A stretch of 64,000 nt of DNA from Chrysomallon squamiferum (Eukaryota > Animalia > Mollusca), in the NCBI GenBank assembly GCA_012295275.1, contig CM022670.1:14632001-14696000 (forward strand). The letters run 5' to 3'. The first letter of the stretch is position 1. Every line of letters starts with the position of its first letter. The translations under genes and the position numbers were made by a program. The notes under the pieces are model-generated. The model saw nothing but the letters and a program-made list of their open reading frames with translations. It made no database searches and had not been told where the DNA came from. This document shows positions 35,079-48,464 of the stretch, piece after piece.

Positions 35079-36333
35079 CCATGAGAACAGAATGCAAATA
35101 TATAAATATGTATTCCTCCTTTACGAATGTAGAAGCATACATACACCTGTACCAAGACCATAACATGTCTGCGGTTGATTAAAACTTGGCAACGACTGTC
35201 TACATTTTCGAAATTCTGGATCGGGAACACCAAGACTGAACCGACGTGTTCTTTCTACAGGCTTAATAAATAAAAACATAAATAAAATTAATGAATTAAA
35301 TTAAGTACATATGTGTATGCATCTATATAAAAAATGTGAATATATGTAAATGTATGTAAGTATGTATGTATAAAAATATAAAATAAAATAAAATAAAATA
35401 ATTTGTATGTGTGTATATATATATATGTGTGTGTGTATATGTATATATATATATATGTATACATGTATTTGTGCATAGATGAGTGTATGTATGTATATAA
35501 TATGTATGTATGTGTGTATATGGGTGTGTATGTTTGTGCTAGTGTGAATGTGTGTATGTCTCTATGTATACATGCATGCATAACAATAATATTTGAGATT
35601 ACATAAACAAATTAACACGTACAGGTTGTAGGTGATGTGCAGGATGGTATAAAAATCCACCGAAAGCGTCTAAATAAATAATAAAAACAATAATTATAAT
35701 TAACACAAATTACGATGTCAAAATTGCACCGAAGGAAATGCTTAAGTCGACAGAATACGAATGTCAGTTTTTAATTAATTCACTTATTTTTTTAATTTAT
35801 TTCATGTGCTTCTCCGATATTCTGCAAACCTTAGTTACAAAGTTTTTTTTTTTTTATTATCAGATCGCAAAAGTAATAATTCGCAAAGTAATAATTCAAC
35901 AATACTCGACTATGTAACTAAATATTCGACAGTCTTAAGTAGCAGTGACAACATCAAGGCATTATTTTGTTTTTCTAGTGTCAGTCCCCCAGGTACGCGA
36001 TTAAGTTACGACTCCAGGGGTAAAATGGCGGCGTTGAAAGTTTTAGTGTTATATTTAGTTATGAATGGCATCAGGTCATCCGAAACAATAAAATATAAAT
36101 AATATTTTCAAACAGTTCATCCGTTGCATCAGAAGTACATTTTAATATTAAATTAATTTGGATATATACATCTATTCAAGGAAATCGAAGTATACTGACT
36201 ATAAGCGAAATACGAAAAAAAAAACAAAAAACAAACATTAGAAAACAACAAACAAACACAAATTAGATAAAACAAAATATCAAACGAATTATTTAAACAA
36301 ACCTGATGGCCTTGGTCTGCTATGATATGCCAT
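33328..36333 (-). CDS. CD225/dispanin (IFITM/PRRT1-like) membrane protein 2
   Basis: Exons 36303-36333 (MAYHSRPRPS), 35623-35669, 35147-35254 (boundaries uncertain), 34728-34829 (ANDYMMLSIVSCFFCLPLGLIAVCLSIK) and 33328-33483 (SRNKYHIAEFERAKRLGNIARIVAVFAIIVGVGIFF..*). Confidence 0.8.
34130..34250 (+). mobile_element. Mutator-like (MULE) transposase relic in an intron of dispanin 2
   Basis: Reads RDDLDLQGPWTQTKDGTRFLLFTDGD, which resembles from memory the W-T-x-T-x-x-G-x-x-F-L-L segment N-terminal to the MULE DDE domain. Flanked by stops. Confidence 0.5.
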
Positions 36334-36416
36334 TTTAGGAAACTACCATAAAACTAAAGCTGTTCATGGTAGAGTATGATGCTCTCAAAATATCCGTGCA
36401 TGTACGTTTAGTTCTA

Positions 36417-36440
36417 TGACGTAAAGTATAAACTACGTCA
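36417..36440. promoter_or_regulatory. Paired TGACGTA motifs upstream of dispanin 2
   Basis: TGACGTAA at 36417-36424 and the inverted TACGTCA at 36434-36440. Confidence 0.55.
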
Positions 36441-37084
36441 TGTTCTGGTACTGCTAAAATGAGTTGATTTAGATAATTCCGTACTGTAAATTAATTCGGG
36501 AGTAATGCAATAAGAAAGCTCTAAAGTAGATATATTTACTCATTTCTATTCATCATCATAGTTATCGGAATTGCTTTTTTTGTTGTTGTTTTTTTTTTGT
36601 TTTGTTTTTTATAAAAATATATTTGTTATTAAGTGACGCATTTATGTCAAACATACCATAATTTAATTAATTAATAAGAAGAAGAAGAAGATAAAGAAGA
36701 AAAAGAAGAAGAAGAATGTCCTCTACTAATGGGCATGGGTATGCAATTTGATATGAACACATAAGGAAGAAAAGCACATAGGGAAGTAAAGTTTTAATTA
36801 AAATGAGATAGTTTATATTATTAATGACGATAAAATGTCGAAGCGATTATTCTAAAGTGAAAAGTACTACAGTGACTTTATTTATGGAGATGAGAATGGA
36901 AATTGAATATGATTAGTTTGAAAACTGTAAATAATCCATGACTGTTAGTATAATAATGATAATACTAATGAATAATGCATATATACAACATTTGTGCAAG
37001 AGAAGCCATATGTTAATATAAAACACAGAAGTCAACGCTATTCACTCTCAAAACATTTAAACCCATATACATCCGCATAACATT

Positions 37085-37122
<38 letters not shown>

Positions 37123-37255
37123 GTAGTAGTAGTAGTAGTAGTAGTATTGTTGTTGTTTTTGCTTCTTCTGATATTATTGTTGTTTGTAGAGTTGCAGCTG
37201 TTTCACTTTTTCTTTTATTTCATCTTTTTTTATTGCATCTTTTCCTTTATGTTTG

Positions 37256-37337
<82 letters not shown>

Positions 37338-37501
37338 CAAATATTTCTAAAAAGTTACGTCATACATGCGTTCGAATATATATATATCTATATAAAGAAA
37401 AATATATTTGTTGTGTTTTCTGTTTCCTGTCCAATTCTTTTTCTCATTTTCACTCTCTCTGTATGCATTTGCAAATGTCTCTAAAAATGTACGTGGTGCA
37501 A

Positions 37502-37656
<155 letters not shown>

Positions 37657-37812
37657 GAACTGCGTTCACTACATTGTTTTCTTTATTTATATTATGTTAA
37701 TTATTATTATTATTTCCTTTTTTTCATCTTTCTTATTAACTCATTTCTCTACACTGCAGTCTAGACATATCCATTTGTTTTCCCTTTATTAATACTTTAG
37801 CACATGTGAGGC

Positions 37813-38265
37813 TTATCCGTATATAAAAACGCCATGATAAACAGTCAGTCTGACAATTATGGACACAAACATTACAAACACTCCTATGACAATAGCCGAT
37901 GTGGCGAAGTTTCTGGCGTTCTCTCCTTCCTGCAGTGCTAACTCTAAGTTGCCTTCATCTGCCGCTTTCCTCGACTACATAAAATAAAACAAAATATGTC
38001 AGCGGATCTCTAAATGAAATGAACGTGTGTACGTTTATATATATGTAGGTTTGTGTGTGTGTGTGTGTGTGTGTGTTTGTGTGTGTGTATCTATGTATGT
38101 AGTATGTAATGTAAGTGTGGGTATGTGTTTATATCTGTATGTATGTATGTATTACGTACGTACGTACGTATTTATGTAGTTATGTATTTATGAGTCTTTA
38201 TATGTATGTGTGCATTTTGAAGGGGAGTTATAAATGGATGGATTGATCAATATGTCTAAAGATAA

Positions 38266-38336
<71 letters not shown>

Positions 38337-38736
38337 CAACAAGAACAGCAACAATTCTTCGTCTTCCTATTATTATTAATATAATTTACATTATTTTTAT
38401 TATTATTATCGTTATCATCATCATTATCACCAGAGGGAATATTATCATTTAAAAACAGTGAGGAATCCTGTGTAAGTTGTACGTACATAGTATGAATAAT
38501 ACAAGGCACAGACAGCCAGGGGACAGCAGAATAAGCAAGACAAAATAGACATAAGGAGATAATCCGGAGGTCGGGCATTGTCAACTTTCTGTAAGTAAAA
38601 TATCATTCGATTTATGTGCTGTATTGAAAAAAAACAAAAAAAAAACAACCTTTATACATATATTTTGTATTATATTTTCAATATAAATTCTTTAGAGTGA
38701 GAGAGAGAGAAAGATAGACAAACGGACAGAGAGAAA

Positions 38737-38786
<50 letters not shown>

Positions 38787-39133
38787 AACAAAGGAATTGA
38801 AAGAAAGAAATACTATGGTCAGTGTTTTGCATTCATCTTGTCTTACAGTCTATTATCCTTCATGAACTAAATGCGTCTATTTCTTTTTTTTTATTTCTCT
38901 ACTGTATGTATACATCCATCTAATACAATACATGAACTAAATTAAAAAGCTAATAGCTCGAATACAAACAGATAGTTCAGGAACCGTGGAAATGTATAAA
39001 ATAAAGAGTCACGCTTACTCGTATAAGGGTTGCCCTTTGTTCATCCGAAGGATAATAATTATTCTGGAATCCAGGTAGAGGCTGCGGTTGCTACAGAAAG
39101 GATTATATAATAATATAATATAATGAAATAAAG

Positions 39134-39169
<36 letters not shown>

Positions 39170-39535
39170 AAAATTGAAAATTATTATAAATTAATTAATG
39201 AGTAATGAGGTAAAAAAAAAAAAAAAAAAAAAATCCTATTGTAATAAGTAATCCATATATTAATTATCAATTTTTTTTTTATTTATTTATTTATTTTTTT
39301 TTTTTTTGTGTTTTAATGCGTATTTATTTCCTATTCTTTTGGACATAAATACACAAAAGTTACTTCTCGCACTAGTTTAATTCGTGATTTCTAAAACGGT
39401 TTACTAGTATAAAACATTCCCAAAACACGATGTCAAATGTATTAGCATGAAGATCAACATTTCATCTGGCCTCGGATCTAGCACTATGAAGTGAGTTGAA
39501 TGCGTTTTGTGTACTTCAAAATAAAAACATTTCCA

Positions 39536-39597
<62 letters not shown>

Positions 39598-39688
39598 TAA
39601 GATGACACTTACATTCGTGACAATTGGCTCATAATCTCTTGAACCTAAAGGCATATATATATATATATATAATTTTATATAGTATTTT

Positions 39689-39723
<35 letters not shown>

Positions 39724-39980
39724 TCACATTCATATAGTAATAATAATAATAATAATAATAAATAATAATAATAAATAATAATAATAAAATAAAATTAATT
39801 ATATTAAATTAAATTAAAAATAAATTCATATAAATGTTGTTCTTTTTCTTTTTTCTTCTTCTTATTATTTTTTTAAACTTTCTATGATTATAGTTGTTTT
39901 TCGTCTTTTATTCTTCTTATATAGGCATATCACCACCAATCAACAACAACAACAACAATAACAACAACAACAACAACCAC

Positions 39981-40029
<49 letters not shown>

Positions 40030-40122
40030 TCATAGCCATCGGGTACATTAGCTTATGAAAAATAATCGAGAAATTCATTTCATTAATCTTTCGTTTCTTT
40101 CTTTTTTTTTCTTTCTTTTTTT

Positions 40123-40219
<97 letters not shown>

Positions 40220-40265
40220 CTCGAAGAAATAAATACAACCAACCTCTCCTTGAACTAGACTCCAT
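37813..40265 (-). CDS. CD225/dispanin (IFITM/PRRT1-like) membrane protein 3
   Basis: Fully phase-consistent exons 40244-40265 (MESSSRR), 39613-39644 (SRDYEPIVTN), 39019-39090 (QPQPLPGFQNNYYP..), 38487-38588 (RPPDYLLMSILSCLFCCPLAVCALYYS) and 37813-37974 (SRKAADEGNLELALQEGENARNFATSAIVIG..*). Confidence 0.88.
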
Positions 40266-40319
40266 CAATTCTAATAAAGTAAAGAAGTCATTAAAACCTT
40301 AAACAACGATTCCGGTCGT

Positions 40320-40345
40320 TGACGTAATACAAAAATATGACGTAA
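40320..40345. promoter_or_regulatory. Paired TGACGTAA motifs upstream of dispanin 3
   Basis: TGACGTAA at 40320-40327 and 40338-40345. Confidence 0.55.
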
Positions 40346-41621
40346 TGCAATTGAAAATAAATTATGCGAAAATATAAAATGAGAATTATACACGACGATA
40401 TGGTGTGAATAAATATACCAGGTACATGAAGTGAACAGCAATAACATAAAAAGTATCATTATCATTAGCAGCAGCAGCGACAGAAGAAAAGAAGGAAAAA
40501 GAAAAGAAGAAAAAGATAGGGAAGAGGATGAAGAAAAAAATGAAAACTTCTAAATTGTTTAGTAAATGTGAAATCCTATGGCTATTGCGATATGAAGGTT
40601 TCAGAATTATTTTATTAGTGCATTTTGTTTGCTGAAATTTGTCCTCTTTATATCTCAGGGTGATAATCTTCATTTACATATGTGATATATCGAGCTAAGA
40701 CAAGTTATGGGAAAAACATCACTGCGATCAATATCTTATAATTTTGTAAATCCGATATATGTTCAAATTGGAGGTAATCATAATGCATTGTACCTTGCTG
40801 ATTCAAATGAAAAATAACTATGTCCTGAATTCAAGGTTTTAGAAATATTACATCATCAATATTTTGGTCTTTAACAAGATGGGAGGCATCTATTAGATGT
40901 CTAATAAGAGCTTACTGGTCGAGGCGAAATGGTAGACAAATTACCTTCAGAAAAAATTCTGATCCTGTTTTTCTGCAATCTTTGTAATAGGAGACATTTG
41001 TATAAACCGACATTCAAATACACAGAATAATATATTTGATATAGATATATTATTTAAGCTTGCAAATAAGAAAACAAAAAAAAGAATAAAATTTTAAAAA
41101 CTGAAAAAAAAAAAAAAAAAAAAAGCCAAATTCTGTCTTTACAATGCAAATTTCTAGCACTTCGAAATATCAGACAAATTTTAAATGAGGTTAATTTTGC
41201 TATAAGATGATTATGATGATGATGATGATGTCAGAAATGTTAGGTTTTTTTTCGGGGTTTTGTTGCTTTTGTTGTTGTTTTTATTTGTTTGTTTGTTTAA
41301 AAAAGACAACAGTAACAAGTAAGATCAAATTAAATTGATTTAATCTATTTCAAGCATCTGTATGCAGAGAAAAACATCTGGTAGTAAAGAAATATATTTT
41401 TTTTTTTTTCAGCAGTGAAGTTTATCTATAAACTATTTCAATAAAAACATCGTCAGTTTGGAAACTTAATAATGACATGGCATACACTAATAAATCAACA
41501 CCACAGGAGTAGATAAATAGTATACAAATTATATAAATAAAATAAATGTAAAATAAAGAAAACAAAATATTTTTTTTTAACGATAGTGCCAATATTAGAA
41601 TGTTGTGGTTATACATATATA

Positions 41622-41862
41622 CAGTCGTACCTCGAGTGCTCCAATTTACGAGGTTTCCGAGTTACGAGCAGTAAACCAATCGTTTTTTGCTTTGACTTGC
41701 AAGTCAGGATCCGAGTTACGAGGAGTGTTTTGGGAGGGGAGCTGGAATGGATTAATGGTAAATCAATTAATTTTATTTGGGAAAACTGATTTGATATACG
41801 AGCAAACTGAGTTACGAGCTCGGTCACGGAATGAATTAAACTCGTAAGTCAAGGTACCACTG
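41622..41862. mobile_element. Tc1/mariner (pogo/Tigger-like) MITE, 241 bp
   Basis: Terminal inverted repeats CAGTCGTACCTCGA / TCAAGGTACCACTG, TA on both sides, and internal GAGTTACGAG repeats. Confidence 0.85.
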
Positions 41863-44329
41863 TATATAGAAACAGAAACAAATATTTTTATAAAAACATG
41901 AGCATAACATTCATACGCACGAAGACCAAACAAGATAAAGCTGTGTAAATGAAAGATACAAACTGAAACAAATGTATACTAATACCAAACGAACATTTTG
42001 TTTGGAAGAGATAATAATAATAAAATAGATTTGTGAGAAACAAAATTCAGAAATGTAAAAAATCTGAAATCATTTTCATTATGTTAACAAAACAAAATTA
42101 GATTTCTGTTTCTTTTCTATTTTAGTTGTTGCCTGGAGATGTACAGAATATAGTTAAAGTGGTGATATCACAGACAGAGAGATAGATAGACATATAAACA
42201 TATATATAGATGCACAGACAGACAGATATATAGATAGATATAAGGACTGATAGATACACAAAGAAATACATAGATACAAACACAGTAAAGTTAGAGAAAT
42301 AAAGATTGGTGTGATGAACAGAGATAATAAATATAATAATATAATACACATTCAGTATACCTGTGTGTATAAACCGTGCAACAAAAACAGAGGAAACTGA
42401 GTTAGATTGCTGTTCAAATAACACGTACTTTGAAATAAAAATCTGTGGAAATAATTTACGAGCTGTGAAATAGACAGTAGTTCACTTTCCAGAGTACACA
42501 AGACCGGAGTATAATTTATTAACACTGAGAACAATTACAATGTTTTGTCACCAAATCTGATGTAAAGTTTTTTAAAACTGTTGTGGTTATTTATCTCTTT
42601 TTTTGAAAATATTCGGTATGAATATACTGTTGTTAAATGAATATAACTGTAAAACAATAATAATTGAAATATTATAATGTAGTACTATTAGACACAACTA
42701 TTAATTATTTATTAAGTCATCTGATAAAATTTGTGTTCACAAATTAAATATTTTCTTTTGTAAAACATTAGATATAAACACATACTTCAATACTTCCTAC
42801 CTTTACTTAGTTTAACAAACGTTTGCTAGCTAACCACTTTCTATAATAATAACGCTTGCATGAAAAATATTTTCAGTAGTTTAAGAAAATATATTAAAAA
42901 ATGAAACAGTAAATAAAATCACACACAAGAATTGCCTCTGTATCAGATGTTAGTTTTCTAGTATGCCGAATAATTAAATATATAGAATCTTTTTATATTT
43001 TACTGAAATTATGTCAAAATAAAATCACATAGCAAAATTATTAAAACTACAAATGCATAAATATTAATTACATTAATTTCAAAGTTAAGACGATTATGAA
43101 AAACTGTTAAGTAACATATATAACCAATATTGACGTGTTGGTTTCAAATCACTTTGAATAATACACATGTAAGAGCTATCTACAAAGGATTTTAAAAGCT
43201 TCGCCAATTAAAAGAAAGAAAATGAATACTAAAATTTAGAGAGAATTGTGAGCTAAACAAAGTGAGATAATAGTTTTCACTATTTTATGCTGATATGTAC
43301 ACATGTACACACAGACAAACTTCAGTTCTGAGATGTAGGACAGTTTGCATACACCGAAGAAGATTCCAGATGGAGGAAAGCCAAGTTGCAAAACAAAACG
43401 AAGTCATCCTGTAAGAAAGATAAAGCAGCGTTATTTTTGCAAATCTGTTTATCGACATCTTCGGACTTTTGTATATGTTAATTCTTATGATGATAGATCA
43501 AATATTGTAATCCGAAAATTAATATAACATAAAATCCTGATATTCAAAGTAGATATATTTATTTAATTATTTATTTATTATTCTTGTTCTTATCATAATT
43601 GGTGTTAGTTGTTGTTGTAATAGTAGTAGAGTTAAGAAGGTTTTTACATTATATAAATCAAAATATTAGGAATAGCAATAAGTGACAAGCTTTAGTAACC
43701 TTGGTAGAAAGGTGATCTGTATTTTATAAATGTCATTTATAAGTCACTACGGATTTTTACCTTGGTAAATGTAACATTAGGAAGTATTGTTTGCAATCTT
43801 CTAATGTTGTTGAAGATCTCAACTTCTGTGTCGAGTTTAGTACCAAACAGAATGTTGTTTGCTATGCACAGCGTTATTACATTCTTAGCTTCACGTTCTC
43901 TGAAACAAACAAGCAAAATTAATAAATAAATATAAATAATCACATGGACACAGATAAAGGCATCAGCATTTTTCTTAAAATATATTAGACAATGAAACAG
44001 TACAGAAACTAACACTTACCTGTATACAAAACTGACAGGATGAAACTTCTCTTTTTGCTGTAGTTTTTCACTGATTGTTGTCAGACAGGTTATCAGTGTT
44101 ACAGAATCAGTGGTTGGCAACCATCCTTGTATACAGTAATGTTGTATCTCTCGTTTTTCTTTGTCACCCTGATAATTTAAAACGAAAAATAAAATAAACA
44201 ATGAAAACTAAACACTATTTTATGGGTTTTTCAATCAACAGTATTCATGAATTTCTCAGTCTGATAGAGATAATAAACAAAACTGTTGATGTATTTTTAA
44301 GAATGGTTATAAACGAAATTTAAATAATA

Positions 44330-44870
44330 TATGAACAATATTTACCTTTGTTTGCTATTGATAATATGTAAAAGAATATGTACGTGAGTCTCACATCAAA
44401 TTTACATGTGTCTGTCGTACATGATAAACAATATAATAAAACCTTTCTGACATTGATAATAAACAATATTTTTTTTGTTAAATGTATCAGAATTGTTTGC
44501 ATATATCTGATATAGATGTTAACAACATTTACGTGTGTCTGATATAGACAGTAAAGAATATTTACGTGTGTTTGATACAGCTAGTAAACAATGTTTACCT
44601 CTGTATCATGTAGAGAGTAAGCAGTATTTACGTCTTTCTAATATAAATAGTAAAACAATATTAACGTATATCAGATGTTGAACGTAAATAATATTTACGT
44701 CTCCTTGGTGTAGAGAGTAAATAATATTTACGTCTGTCTGATGCAGAGTAAACAATATTTACTCGCGTCTCGTATAAATAGTAAATAGTTTTTAATTTTG
44801 TTTAATATAAACAGTAAAACAGTATTAACGCCTATCTGATATAGAGATTAAATACTATTTACGCGTATCT
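44330..44870. repeat. Degenerate ~33-bp minisatellite abutting a D2 exon donor site
   Basis: Unit approximately AAACAATATTTACGTGTGTCTGATATAGACAGT. A shorter, more decayed array is in the same intron of copy B (~7420-7665). Confidence 0.75.
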
Positions 44871-46481
44871 CTATTTGCAGTGTGTTTTCCGTTATCTTGT
44901 GTGTCACTGAAGTCTGGTGAAGAGTTGTCACTGTGACTTTTCCATGAAGGAATCAAGCCTACACAAGTCTGAAAATGCAGATTTTTAATATTACATACAA
45001 GTAATAATAATATAAATAAAACTGAATAATGTATAAGAAATGTCCAGTATTATATTCAGAAACAGAATTAAGATTCACAATTGATTTATAATATTACCTA
45101 AAAACGTTGTATATAAATTGTTAATTGTGTAGCAGATATAAATAAAAAAGATAGTGTTTGAGACAATGAAATGAAAAATGATAGAAATATTCAAGACAGT
45201 AAATTTAACAAATATTATATATAATAATAAACATACAATGCTAATAACAGAGCAAGTTTTAGTATATTTTATAAAATGTTATATACGGCTGATGAAGACT
45301 GACGTGTTGTATAGTTTGGACAAATGCTCTGCTTACCTCATTATCAAAGGTAATGACGGTGTACGAATCATTTTCTAACACAAGCTTCCAGAAACTTTCT
45401 TCAGTGCCTTTCACTCGGGGTATCAGCAAATAGCCTAGTTTTGATACTTTAGACTAAAAATCAAACATTTTTATTAAAGATGTACCTTTTAGATTGAATG
45501 GCAACATTTTGGTGTTTTTGTCCATGTATAATGACTTTAATACGTATCTTTTCCTTTTATTATGTTTCTTGCTACATATTAACTTTTCATACCCTATCTC
45601 CAAATCATGTTTACTCTCTAACTATATTTAGGGTATCCTTTACAGTTTTTAAAACTGTTGTTTCTTTACTGAATTTATCTTATCATTGATGATCTATCTT
45701 TCCATTTTACTTCCACCGATCCAATCATCTACCATTTGCCCAGCCTTCAATCCATTCATCCGTCATTCACTCTTCTATCCATCATTTATTCCATCCACCC
45801 ATCCATCATTCATTCCATCATGCATCTATCCATTCATACATCCATAACAACACACAGACGGACACACAGACACACATGCATACATTTATAGCAAAAGGTA
45901 TTGAGATTATTCAAAACAATGAGATTTTTCACATGATTTGTGTCCAGAAATTCTTCGGTATGTATGTTCATTTTCGCTATGATATTTTCAGCCACTTTTT
46001 CATCTTTGCATGTACCATTTGCTTTTGCTTCCGTCATTTAATTCTCGATTGCATTAGACGTTCTTGTATCCACCAATCATTCATTAAATTTAACACTTAT
46101 CATAATTTTAGCTTAACCATTATCTGATAAAAATGCCAAAATGTTTACATCGAATAACACAAATCAAAATAGTGCAATTCTGTTCAAAACGTAGGACGTG
46201 AGGAAACAATAGTTTAATCAGTTTAGTAACACACTGAGAGAAAACTCACAGGCAGACAGAGGGCATAAAAATCTTGTCTTCCATCAATCCACACCTTGTT
46301 CGTTAGCAGTCTCTGTGAAATAAATAAATTAATACAATCTTTACTTATGATTTTATGTTAGGAAGTACTGGCTTATGTCAGGTATGTCACAAGAAAATGA
46401 AAATTACTACTGCATTATTACTGCCATTATTTTGCTTCTTCTTCTCCTTCTTCTTCTCATTATTATTATTATTATTATTAT

Positions 46482-46519
<38 letters not shown>

Positions 46520-48230
46520 TTGTTGTTGTTTTTGTTGTTGTTCTTGTAGTTGTTATAATTATTATAAAAAGTACCTGTGTTCTCAGTTTTATCTGGTGAC
46601 GCCGTTTTCTGAAAGAATATAAAGAGCATGAAATGTTCTTACCGAATTATACACTGAAGTTATTTTATTTAATAATGTTCAGTTCGTACACATAAAGAAA
46701 GTAACATAGATATAAAACATCCATAATTACAGCTTTGTTAATAACGCATTTCATATTTTGTATTATCTAATCGAAACAATGTTTTATAGTACATTATGTA
46801 GTATCCAAAAGGTCACAAGTATGTAACATTAAACTATTTGTTTGATATCAATATATTTTATAAAGTGTTTCAAAATAAATTTATTTAGGAACAATATAGA
46901 AAACCAGTACTTGGTTTACTATTGACAAATCTCACTAAACCATTAATATCCATATCACACCGTTTTACTGTTGTTTCTGTGTTTATTTAATGAATCTGAG
47001 GTAATCGAAACAATATTTTATTTGAATTGATATTACTAAAGAGCTACCTGGTTCACACATTTCTTTGTCACGATTTAAGGAATTATAACTATATCATAAT
47101 GAAATTTAGTTTGTACTTACTAGAGCTAGTTCGTCCAACGTTTTCTTTCCCATGACGAGAGAAGTTTTCTGTTGTTGATATTTAAGGTAAAACTCTGCGT
47201 TGTCCATGCTTGTGTCACCGTACGTGGCCATCTCAAGTAGAGCGACAAACAACATTTCATACTGCTCCTGTAATTAATTTATAACAGTAATAAGTTTACC
47301 TTTTTAAAGTGTTAATATATTGCTAACTGTACCTAGTTAATATAGAAATAAGTTTACCTCGGTTTGAACTAGACCTTTACGCTGATCTCTCAGTCGAGTG
47401 ATGACCTTGAAGACATCGACTTTTCCTGTAGCCTCCATCTCGTCCAGTAGAATGTCCAGGGCAATGAACGTTCCAGTTCGTCCAACTCCAGCACTGAAAT
47501 CATGTAGTTATTAGTATTCATAACTTACGAAATATCAAATATCTTCATTTTAAATACAACATCAATATAAACGTCTTTAATGGTCTACATATAATCAGTA
47601 GAAGTTACCTACCTGCAGTGTACAAGAACAGGACCAGGAAGTGTAGATTTTGACTTGCGCACTTGATACAGAAATTCTGTGAAGTCAGAAACATTGGGGA
47701 TTCCATGATCTGGCCAGGTAATGAAGTGAAACTGTTGAAAGGTTTCAGTTTTTCCAGTCTAAAATGACAAAGAAAAGAAAAGATCTCGAAAACTGATTTA
47801 TTTAATTATTTATATTTATTACGTTATTTATTTATTTATTTTATAGAACTCAGGCCTATATATTGTTCTTATGATTTGTAAGTAATGAATGTCTTTCCAG
47901 TCCGAGATAAATTAATACAGTTCTTTTCACCTTCATCCTCCACCCCTAAAAAACAAAATAACCCAGGACTGTTCTAAATATTTTTAAAAATATAATCAAC
48001 TAAAAAAGAATAGCAGCAATAACGAACGCATAAATTTACAAACTTAATTATTTCACCTTTCTGTGTGTCACAGACATTTTCCTAATCACAAAGTCACATT
48101 TCTCTAGTTTTTCTGTGACAACAACTGTGAATGGTCCTATAGTCTTCATCTCTTCATCTGACCAATACGCTTCACATTTTACCTTAAAAGAATAAGAATA
48201 ATAATAATAGTAATAATAATAATAATAATC

Positions 48231-48273
<43 letters not shown>

Positions 48274-48417
48274 TATAAATATATAAATATATAAATAAGT
48301 ATCGTTGGAACTGCGCTATAACGATCTGAACTAAATTAAACCTCGATGATGATAACAAGAAGATGAGAGACATGAACAAAAAATATCATAAAACTGATGA
48401 CAGAGGAAATAGTGGTC

Positions 48418-48464
<47 letters not shown>

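Noticed and set aside
44330-44870. CRISPR-like array
   Set aside because: Eukaryotic intron with degenerate contiguous units, no unique spacers and no cas genes.
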